A program made the position numbers and the translations under genes. The notes below the pieces were generated by a model, which saw only the letters and a list, made by a program, of their open reading frames with translations, was not told the DNA's origin and did no database searches. Shown piece after piece: positions 56,864 to 64,000 of a stretch of 64,000 nucleotides of DNA. This DNA comes from an uncultured bacterium (lineage in GTDB: Bacteria > Caldisericota > Caldisericia > JAAYUI01): NCBI GenBank assembly GCA_965370295.1, contig CBDUSO010000005.1, positions 7,580-71,579 of the forward strand, read 5' to 3'. Position 1 is the stretch's first letter, and every line of letters starts with the position of its first letter.

Positions 56864-57538
56864 CTATTTCTTTGCTATAAACGGGCTAAGAATCTTTGCA
56901 AGATCTCCTGCACACATGCTTCTCAACCAGACTTTTCCAGGTCCGGTCAGCTTGGCAAGGAATAATCCTTCACCACCAAGGAACATGTTTTTGAAGCCTT
57001 TCAATCTTTCAACTTCAAATGTTACAGATGGCTCTAAAACTGCAACGTGTCCAGTGTCTACTTTGAGAACTTCACCTTCTGCAAGGTCTTTGACCGTGAG
57101 TGCACCGTCAATCTCAAGGAAAACATGGCCAGGTCCTGAAATTTTGTTCATGATGAAACCCATTCCGCCAAACAGTCCAGCCATCAGTTTCTTTTTGAAG
57201 AACATCTCAAGTTTGATTTCGTCATCACCAGCTAAGAATGTTCCTTTTTGGGCGATGATATGCTGTCCTTCTTCGAGTTTCATGGCTAAAATCTGACCTG
57301 GGAATGATGAAACAAATGCAATTTCATCATCACCTTCGGCTGTGAATATGTTTACGAATGCACTTTCACCAGAGAGACTTCTCTTGAATCCCCCCATCAA
57401 ACCACCCTTCATTGTGGTTTCCATTTTGATTCCTGGTGTCATCCAACTCATTCCACCGGATTCAGACATCATTTTCTCGCCTGCCTTCATCTTGCAAACA
57501 ACCAACGGCAACTGACCACCTAATACTTCAAATTCCAT
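56864..57538 (-). CDS. TIGR00266/AIM24-family protein
   Basis: Start at MEFEVLGG with AAAGGAG RBS. Conserved AIM24 beta-rich pattern. Confidence 0.65.
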   Translation of the reverse strand: MEFEVLGGQLPLVVCKMKAGEKMMSESGGMSWMTPGIKMETTMKGGLMGGFKRSLSGESAFVNIFTAEGDDEIAFVSSFPGQILAMKLEEGQHIIAQKGTFLAGDDEIKLEMFFKKKLMAGLFGGMGFIMNKISGPGHVFLEIDGALTVKDLAEGEVLKVDTGHVAVLEPSVTFEVERLKGFKNMFLGGEGLFLAKLTGPGKVWLRSMCAGDLAKILSPFIAKK

Positions 57539-57750
57539 ATCTAACTCCTTTGTCATTTTTTCTGTTTCTGATGATAACATAAAAACGTCTGTATGCAATA
57601 TTGATGATATATGTATGTATATGTAAGATATTCTGAACTTGCCAAACGGAATTTCTTTGTTATATTGCATTCGTTGGCATCATGAATTTTCTGAGCCAAA
57701 CAAAAAATGGAGGCTTCCACCAAAGTCAAAAGGGGAAGACCTAGAAGGAG

Positions 57751-58506
57751 TTGAACAAGATGTTCAAATTGACAACAAAACAGATTACTTTAGCGGGTGT
57801 TCTTGGAGCATTGATGATTATCATGGGGTTTATTGGAGGACTTGTCCCGGTTCCAAATTTGGCAGGAGCCATGACTCTCTATCACATACCAATTATTATT
57901 GGTGCAATCCTCTGTGGTCCTGTGGTTGGTTTATCGCTTGGTGTGATATTTGCGACAATTGTGACAATACAGTTTGGTGCAATATTCCCACCGTATGTCC
58001 TTATTCCAGCAAGACTTTTGATTGGACCCTTTGCATGGCTCGCATATGTTGGAATTAAGAAATTGTTTGGCAAAGAAGAAAATATTAATCCAACACTAGC
58101 TTATACGATTGGTGGAATCGTGATTGCTGGCATTTTAGTTGTTGGTTACAACACATTTGTCTCAGCACCTGCACCATTTGGTGCAAATGGTATCATGTTC
58201 ACAATCGCACTTGCATTTGCATTTGGAATTCCTGGAATTCTTTCACTTTTGAAGATGAAAAAAATAAGTACTGCCACCACAGTTTCTGCAATTGTTGGAA
58301 CAGTCACAAACACTGTTTTAACCCTTGGTCTTGGTGTTGTATTCCCAACAATCCTTGGTGAAACCATGAAAAGCAGATTGGTAATGGCAACGGGAATTGC
58401 CGCAACAAATGGCGTAATCGAATTAATCCTCGCAGTAGTCCTTTGTCTCGCAATTGTTCCACCTCTCATTGAACGATTTGGAACATCAGATTCTAAAGCT
58501 GTGTAA
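57751..58506 (+). CDS. ECF-transporter S component-like membrane protein, putatively pantothenate-specific (PanT-like) by linkage to coaX
   Basis: N-terminal TTKQITLAGVLGALMIIMGFI typical of ECF S components; 6 TM; immediately upstream of type III pantothenate kinase. Confidence 0.5.
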   Translation: MNKMFKLTTKQITLAGVLGALMIIMGFIGGLVPVPNLAGAMTLYHIPIIIGAILCGPVVGLSLGVIFATIVTIQFGAIFPPYVLIPARLLIGPFAWLAYVGIKKLFGKEENINPTLAYTIGGIVIAGILVVGYNTFVSAPAPFGANGIMFTIALAFAFGIPGILSLLKMKKISTATTVSAIVGTVTNTVLTLGLGVVFPTILGETMKSRLVMATGIAATNGVIELILAVVLCLAIVPPLIERFGTSDSKAV

Positions 58507-58522
58507 AATAGGAAAAATAAAC

Positions 58523-59314
58523 ATGAAAATTGGCTCCCTGATACTCGTTGTTGATTGTGGAAACACCAACATAAAAGTCGGTGTGTTCGATGGTGATGAG
58601 ATGATGGCACAGTTCCGAATCTCAACCGATCCCGGAAAAACTTCTGATGAATATGTTGTACTTCTTAGAAGCCTCCTCCAGGCAGAAGACATCGACCCAT
58701 CCGAGTTTCAGGGAGCTATCCTTTCGTCGGTTGTGCCCCCCATTCTCCCTCTTCTGGAAAGGGCAATCGAAAAAACCCTTGGACACACTTGCATCACTGT
58801 AAAACCTGGAATAAAAACGGGGATTGCAATTGGTGCAGAAAATCCAAAAGAACTAGGTTCAGACCTCCTCTGTCTGGCTGTTGGTGCCAAGGAAAGACAT
58901 GAATTGCCAGCAATTATTGTTTCGCTGGGGACCGCCACTGCTTTTGTTGCAGTTTCTGACAAGCCTGAAATTTCTGGTGTTGCAATTGCCCCCGGAATTT
59001 TGACTGCTGCAAAGTCTCTTGCAACAGGTGCTGCAAAGCTCCCCCAGATTGAACTAGCAAAACCAAAATCAGCACTCGGAAAAAACACAATTCAATCAAT
59101 GCGAGCTGGAATTGTGTTGGGGTTTGCAGGACTTGTCGACAGAATCTGCATGGAGATGGCAAGAGAGATGAAAAAGCAGCCAATTGTGATTGCAACCGGT
59201 GGACTGCTAAACATCATCTCCCAATCAACCACATCAATCAACCGCTACGACCCATTCCTTTCGCTCTATGGCTTGAAGGCTCTCTACGACAAAAATGTGG
59301 AAAATAGCAAATAA
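58523..59314 (+). CDS. coaX: Type III pantothenate kinase
   Basis: MKIGSLILVVDCGNTNIKVGVF N-terminus (ASKHA fold) and GTATAF..., ATGGL motifs. Confidence 0.85.
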   Translation: MKIGSLILVVDCGNTNIKVGVFDGDEMMAQFRISTDPGKTSDEYVVLLRSLLQAEDIDPSEFQGAILSSVVPPILPLLERAIEKTLGHTCITVKPGIKTGIAIGAENPKELGSDLLCLAVGAKERHELPAIIVSLGTATAFVAVSDKPEISGVAIAPGILTAAKSLATGAAKLPQIELAKPKSALGKNTIQSMRAGIVLGFAGLVDRICMEMAREMKKQPIVIATGGLLNIISQSTTSINRYDPFLSLYGLKALYDKNVENSK

Positions 59315-60272
59315 AACCATCCAGGGAAAAACAATCCTTGCACCACTTGCTGGAGTTGGCGATTCGGTTTTCAGAAAAATAAATCGCAAATATGGTGCAG
59401 GTCTCATCTACACTGAGTTTATCTCGGCTCTTGGACTCCTGCACAAAAATAAAAAAACTTTCAAAATGATAGACTTGGCAGAAGAAGAAAGCCCTGTAAC
59501 GATTCAACTTTTTGGAAGAGAGCCAGAAGACCTTGCTAATGCTTGCAAATATATCGAACAGACTGGTGCTGATTTTGTTGACTTAAACTGTGGATGCCCC
59601 GAACCAAAGATTGTAAAAAGTGGAGCTGGTTCTGCCCTTCTTTCCGACACGGACAGAATTGCGAGAATCGTCTCTGCAATGGTTAAATCGGTAGCAATCC
59701 CGGTCACCGTGAAAATCCGAATGGGTTTAACCCAAGACAAACCAATTTATTTGAAACTTGCAAAGATGGTTGAGGATGCTGGTGCCAGTGCTTTAGCCAT
59801 CAATTGTTGTTTTGCAAGTCAGCAAAAAAAAGGTCCATACCAATGGGAAATTCTTAATGAATTGGTTAATGAACTAAATATTCCAGTCATCGGGAACGGC
59901 GGGATAGATACACCAGAAGATGCTGTAGAAGTTATGAAAACCGGAGTTTCTGCTGTGATGATTGGCAGAGCTTCTCTTGGAAATCCCTGGATTTTCAGAG
60001 AAATAAACTCAGCTTTAGATGGACTCCCAATTCCTGACCGACCAACCATTGATGAGAGATTCTCCGTGATGGCGGATCACCTGAGAGAAGAAGTCAAACT
60101 CCTGGGAGATTATTTCGGAGTCGCCTCAATGCGAAAACACTGGGCATGGTACGTGAAGGGTTTGCCCGGTGCATCCTCATTTCGCGGGCAAGCAGTCCGA
60201 GCTGGTACTATTTCTGAGATGTTGGGGTTGCTTTCTGGATATCGTAGTTATCTAGTTTCAAAAAAATATTGA
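59295..60272 (+). CDS. dusB: tRNA-dihydrouridine synthase
   Basis: LAPLAGVGDSVFR, DLNCGCP (catalytic Cys) and TIM-barrel FMN motifs. 325 aa. Confidence 0.85.
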   Translation: MWKIANKTIQGKTILAPLAGVGDSVFRKINRKYGAGLIYTEFISALGLLHKNKKTFKMIDLAEEESPVTIQLFGREPEDLANACKYIEQTGADFVDLNCGCPEPKIVKSGAGSALLSDTDRIARIVSAMVKSVAIPVTVKIRMGLTQDKPIYLKLAKMVEDAGASALAINCCFASQQKKGPYQWEILNELVNELNIPVIGNGGIDTPEDAVEVMKTGVSAVMIGRASLGNPWIFREINSALDGLPIPDRPTIDERFSVMADHLREEVKLLGDYFGVASMRKHWAWYVKGLPGASSFRGQAVRAGTISEMLGLLSGYRSYLVSKKY

Positions 60273-60336
60273 TTGGATACGTCACTTGAAAAAAATACTT
60301 TCTGATGATACACTCGAAATGTATAAAAGGAGTCAA

Positions 60337-61134
60337 ATGAAACCTTTTCTGAAATGGCCAGGAAACAAATATAGAATTATTGATAGAATTCAAAAAGTGT
60401 TACCACGTGGGGAAAGACTAATAGAGCCATTTGTCGGTTCGGGTGCTGTTTTCTTAAATACAGATTTTGATGAGTATTTGCTTGCAGATTCAAATAATGA
60501 TCTAATAAATCTATTCAACTTAGTGAAACAGGAAGGAATGGAGTTTATTGCGTATACAAAGGAATATTTTAAAGGAAATAACACTGAAAAACGATTCTAT
60601 GAATTAAGGGAAATCTTTAATTCTATAAATGACGTAGTGAAGAAGTCTGCAATATTCCTGTACTTGAACAAGCATGCATACAATGGTCTGTGTAGATACA
60701 ATAAAAGCGGAAAATTTAATGCTCCTTTTGGTAGGTATAAAAGTCCATATTTTCCGTTTCGTGAATTGAAATATTTTTTAGCTAAGTCTTCTCAAGCCAC
60801 TTTTATCGTGAGTGATTTTAGGGAAACAATGTCAAAAGCAGTTGATGGCGATGTACTATATTGTGATCCACCGTATGTCCCCTTGTCCAAAACTTCCAAC
60901 TTTACAACTTATTCTGCTGGTGGATTTGGGCAAAACGAACAATCTGAACTTGCTGGCTTGGCAAAAAAGCTTTCAAAAAGAAATATACCTGTTGTGATTT
61001 CTAATCATGCGACCGAATATACTTGTAATGCGTATAGATCTGCAAAAGTTGATTCATTTGATGTAAGACGTTTTATTAGTTGTAAGGGATCAGAAAGAAA
61101 CAAAGTGAAAGAACTTATAGCAATATTTTCATAG
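60337..61134 (+). CDS. dam: DNA adenine methyltransferase (Dam family, alpha-group N6-MTase)
   Basis: FLKWPGNKYRII, SAM motif EPFVGSGAVFLN, catalytic DPPY (LYCDPPYVP). AAAGGAG RBS. Confidence 0.85.
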   Translation: MKPFLKWPGNKYRIIDRIQKVLPRGERLIEPFVGSGAVFLNTDFDEYLLADSNNDLINLFNLVKQEGMEFIAYTKEYFKGNNTEKRFYELREIFNSINDVVKKSAIFLYLNKHAYNGLCRYNKSGKFNAPFGRYKSPYFPFRELKYFLAKSSQATFIVSDFRETMSKAVDGDVLYCDPPYVPLSKTSNFTTYSAGGFGQNEQSELAGLAKKLSKRNIPVVISNHATEYTCNAYRSAKVDSFDVRRFISCKGSERNKVKELIAIFS

Positions 61135-61144
61135 GAGCTAGTGT

Positions 61145-61636
61145 ATGTCAGAACAGGGAACGAAAGCAAACAAACAAGGAAAAATACTCGAAGGTACAGT
61201 TAAGTCAGTATTTTTAGCTAAAGGATTCTGTATTGTAAAGTACAAAGATTGGTACAAAAAGCCAGAGAAATATGGTGAGGAATTATTGATAGAGGACGCA
61301 CCCTATGAATCAATATATAACCATAAAGGTAAGATGGAATTTCTAATAATTTCAAAAAAGTATGATCAGCGATTTCGGATTGAGTGTAAATGGCAACAAG
61401 TTGGTGGAAGTGTTGATGAAAAATATCCGTATCTCTATCTTAACTGTATTGAGAAATTAGAAGAGAGTTTAGCAATTATCATTATTGATGGGAAGGGTGC
61501 GAGACAGGGAGCTGTTGATTGGCTGAAAAAAGTTTCGGAAAACAAGTTATACACAAATGATAAAAATAATCACAAAGAAGTGAAAGTTATGAGTTTAGCT
61601 GAATTCATGGTATGGGCTAACAAAATTTTTAATTAG
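61145..61636 (+). CDS. Small hypothetical protein with PD-(D/E)XK-like motif; candidate restriction endonuclease partner of the Dam-family MTase
   Basis: 10-nt spacing after MTase gene, GGAG RBS. ...D...(E/D)-x-K-like IED...EFLII...RIECK pattern. No other recognisable family. Confidence 0.35.
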   Translation: MSEQGTKANKQGKILEGTVKSVFLAKGFCIVKYKDWYKKPEKYGEELLIEDAPYESIYNHKGKMEFLIISKKYDQRFRIECKWQQVGGSVDEKYPYLYLNCIEKLEESLAIIIIDGKGARQGAVDWLKKVSENKLYTNDKNNHKEVKVMSLAEFMVWANKIFN

Positions 61637-61746
61637 GATGCTTTAAGTGAATCTTTCAATTTACAACCCCACCAATAATTGGTGAGGTTGTGTTATAAGG
61701 CTATATTATATGATTCCAATTCAAAAATCTGATGAATTATTAACCA

Positions 61747-62505
61747 CTACTTCCCAAGAAATTTCCCAATAACATCCTGGAATGCAATCGGAGTTTCAGT
61801 TTTACCCTGTGGTGGAATGAACCAGCTATGTTCAATAACCACGCCAACCTGGAACGGAAGCTCTTCGCTGATCATGAATGAGAGCATGTCGACAGTGAGT
61901 CCATCAATATCTTTTGGGGTTTCAAATTGCAGGCTGTTGTCCTGAATTGGGGACATGATATCGGTGGTACCAAATATCTTGCCGTCTATGATTAAATCAA
62001 ATGTGATGGGGGTTTCAGGGGTTGCTGAGCTTGTCGCTTCGGTGAGGCGGGAGGCAACGTCTTCAATTCCTCTGACATACAAACCGAGAGTTTGTAGTTC
62101 ATCATCGAAGAAAATCGAACGAACTCCTTCGATGTCCTCTGATGTCAACATGCTGTTCTCACTGTTTCGATCTTTGATGACGATGTGAAGGGGGGTGATG
62201 AGCAGGGAGGCTGTGATGTTTGGGTCGCTTGCCCCTGTGATTTCAACGATGGCCTCACTGCCATCTTTTGAAATCTGGAAGATTCGCATGTCTGCTAGAT
62301 CGTATAGGCGTTTTCTGAAAACATCTTCAAGTTTTACCCAGTCAACGTTTTCAGTTTCGGGTGGTGTGACCAGGGTCATGTGTGTGAATGAGAGCTGGTT
62401 GCCATCTCCACTTTTTCTTTGACAGCTTCCAGAGGAAAATAAAAAGAAAATTCCGATAACGAGGATGAAAATTATACCAAGTGTGATTACTAAATTTTTT
62501 GACAT
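61747..62505 (-). CDS. Hypothetical membrane-anchored/secreted protein
   Basis: Start at MSKNLVITLGIIFILVIGIFFLF (signal anchor). No recognisable domain. Confidence 0.4.
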   Translation of the reverse strand: MSKNLVITLGIIFILVIGIFFLFSSGSCQRKSGDGNQLSFTHMTLVTPPETENVDWVKLEDVFRKRLYDLADMRIFQISKDGSEAIVEITGASDPNITASLLITPLHIVIKDRNSENSMLTSEDIEGVRSIFFDDELQTLGLYVRGIEDVASRLTEATSSATPETPITFDLIIDGKIFGTTDIMSPIQDNSLQFETPKDIDGLTVDMLSFMISEELPFQVGVVIEHSWFIPPQGKTETPIAFQDVIGKFLGK

Positions 62506-62506
62506 G

Positions 62507-62899
62507 TTACTCTTGCTCCAGTTCCAGCAGGACTCCGCCGGTTGATTTTGGGTGGACAAATGCGATTGGTTTTCCGCCTGCACCGATTCTTGGCGTGGTG
62601 TCTATCATGCGAATTTCCTTTTTTTGGAAATTTGCGATTGATGCCTTTACGTCGGGTACTTCGATGCACATGTGGTGAATTCCAGGGCCTTTTTTCTCCA
62701 TGAATTTTGCGATGGGTGAATCGTCGCTGGTTGGTTCGAGAAGTTCTACAACCAGATTGTGATAAACCATCTTTGCAACCTTTACCTTCTGGTCAGCCAC
62801 TTCGCTCTCGTGGTCACAGGTGAAACCCATGAGTTCCCAGTTCTTTTTGCTCTCTTTAATACTTTTAACAGCAATTCCGATGTGTGAAAGTCCATTCAT
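62507..62899 (-). CDS. mce: Methylmalonyl-CoA epimerase (VOC/glyoxalase-fold)
   Basis: 130 aa. LSHIGIAVKSI...HHMCIEV...GVLLEL pattern of VOC family; adjacent to methylmalonyl-CoA mutase. Confidence 0.7.
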   Translation of the reverse strand: MNGLSHIGIAVKSIKESKKNWELMGFTCDHESEVADQKVKVAKMVYHNLVVELLEPTSDDSPIAKFMEKKGPGIHHMCIEVPDVKASIANFQKKEIRMIDTTPRIGAGGKPIAFVHPKSTGGVLLELEQE

Positions 62900-62914
62900 C
62901 TTCTTACTCCTTCT

Positions 62915-64000
62915 TTAACCAGCTGTGTACTCGCCCCAAATTTTACGCATGAGTCCGCAGATGTCTCCAAGGGTTGCATCTGCATTTACGCACTCAATGA
63001 TTGGTTCCATGAGGTTTCCTTCACCTTCACAGATTTCTTTGAGGTTGTTTAGTGAGTCATTCAGTTTCTTTTGGTCGCGATTCTTTTTGAAATTTTTCAT
63101 TTCTTCAAGTCGAACTACTTCGTCGATTCCAGCTCTCGGGTTGTCTGGCATTGGTTCTTCCTGGGTCTGGAATTTATTTACACTGACAACAACTTGATCA
63201 CCGGACTCGATGTCCATCTGGTACTTGTAGGCTGATCTTGCAATCTCGCTCTGGAAGTAACCCTGCTCGAGTGATTTGAGCGTGCCTCCCATCCGTTTGA
63301 TTCTACCCAGATAGTCATACACTTCATTTTCGATTTTGTTTGTCAGAGATTCAACGTAGTATGAACCGGCAAGCGGGTCAACAGAATCTGTGACTCCGCT
63401 TTCAAAAGCAATCAGTTGCTGTGTTCTTAGGGCGATTGTTACGGATTCTTCGGTTGGGAGTGAGAGGGCTTCATCGAAAGAGTTTGTGTGGAGACTCTGG
63501 GTTCCACCAAGGACTGCAGCCAGTGCCTGGAATGCAACTCGGACAATGTTATTTTTTGGTTGTTGGGCGGTGAGTGTTGAGCCACCAGTCTGTGTGTGGA
63601 AACGAAGGAGGAAGGATTTTGGATCCTGGGCGTTGTACTTTTCTTTCATCATTTTTGACCAGATTCTTCTTGCTGCTCTGAACTTGGCAACCTCTTCGAG
63701 GAGGTTGTTGTGAGATGCAAAGAAGAAAGAGAGTCTTGGAGCAAATTTGTCAACTGGGATTCCACGACTTATCAGTTCGTCAACATATGCAAAAGCATCT
63801 GCAAATGTGAACGCTAGTTCTTGGGCGGTTGTTGATCCAGCCTCACGGATGTGGTAGCCAGAAATTGAGATTGTGTTGAATTTTGGGAGGTGATTTGAGG
63901 CGTATTCGACGAGGTCGCAGTTGAGTCGCATGGAGGGTTCAACTGGGTAGATATAGTTTCCTCTGGCAACAAATTCTTTCAGGATGTCGTTTTGAACAGT
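62915..64000 (-). CDS. Methylmalonyl-CoA mutase, large (substrate-binding TIM-barrel) subunit; N-terminal part lies beyond window end
   Basis: Reading frame open to position 64000. Translation ...TVQNDILKEFVARGNYIYPVEPSMRL... and FTFADAF, GGTQSLHTNS match the methylmalonyl-CoA mutase catalytic domain. Confidence 0.85.
   Translation of the reverse strand, partial: TVQNDILKEFVARGNYIYPVEPSMRLNCDLVEYASNHLPKFNTISISGYHIREAGSTTAQELAFTFADAFAYVDELISRGIPVDKFAPRLSFFFASHNNLLEEVAKFRAARRIWSKMMKEKYNAQDPKSFLLRFHTQTGGSTLTAQQPKNNIVRVAFQALAAVLGGTQSLHTNSFDEALSLPTEESVTIALRTQQLIAFESGVTDSVDPLAGSYYVESLTNKIENEVYDYLGRIKRMGGTLKSLEQGYFQSEIARSAYKYQMDIESGDQVVVSVNKFQTQEEPMPDNPRAGIDEVVRLEEMKNFKKNRDQKKLNDSLNNLKEICEGEGNLMEPIIECVNADATLGDICGLMRKIWGEYTAG

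Noticed and set aside
56774-56870. PyrR-binding anti-antiterminator leader upstream of pyrR.
   Set aside because: Only a generic bidirectional terminator hairpin was found; no ARUCCNGNGAGG-like loop recognised by eye. Recorded as absent or uncertain rather than annotated.
1-64000. Prophage, integrase, transposase or toxin-antitoxin modules.
   Set aside because: None of the ORF translations show integrase/recombinase (R..HxxR..Y), transposase DDE, or typical TA motifs. The only mobile-like signatures are the non-coding hairpin repeats.

Overview
High-coding-density bacterial chromosome segment, moderate-low GC, mostly housekeeping genes in co-directional blocks. Genes for butyrate kinase, crotonase, acyl-CoA dehydrogenase, methylmalonyl-CoA mutase/epimerase and a ferredoxin suggest an anaerobic fermenter. 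The taxon cannot be assigned from sequence alone. Recognisable core genes: oppABC-like peptide ABC importer (no ATPase genes), divIVA, lspA, murC-murA, wecB/wecA-like, glyA, rpiB, an aldehyde dehydrogenase, tsaC, plsY, dut, mraY, buk, trxB, prmC-prfA, a complete pyrR-pyrB-pyrC-pyrK-pyrD-pyrF-pyrE operon, panT-like/coaX, dusB, and three tRNAs (Ala-CGC, Lys-TTT, Glu-TTC). Accessory pockets that stand out: (1) at ~30.5-32.2 kb a Cys/aromatic-rich 63-aa peptide gene with a strong RBS, followed after a perfect 11-bp hairpin by a radical SAM/SPASM-domain enzyme. This is a candidate uncharacterised RiPP (ranthipeptide/sactipeptide-like) cluster. (2) at ~45.4-51.0 kb a giant (~1380 aa) highly diverged subtilisin-like S8 peptidase ending in a tripartite PEP-CTERM-like sorting signal, directly followed by a minimal 200-aa exosortase/archaeosortase-family protein and a small polytopic membrane partner. 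This is a candidate protein-sorting system. (3) at ~19.7-22.0 kb a two-gene acidic-lipoprotein islet bracketed by two copies of a ~140-bp repeat built from ATTCC...GGAAT hairpins, plus C8/T8/G7 homopolymer tracts. (4) a Dam-family adenine MTase followed by a small PD-(D/E)XK-like protein, a candidate compact type II R-M. (5) csaB-like pyruvyltransferase plus tagA/wecG-like genes, consistent with a pyruvylated secondary cell-wall polymer, together with several secreted proteins carrying copper-amine-oxidase-N-like wall-associated domains. Gene calls rest on motif recognition in the supplied ORF translations; no database search was possible.
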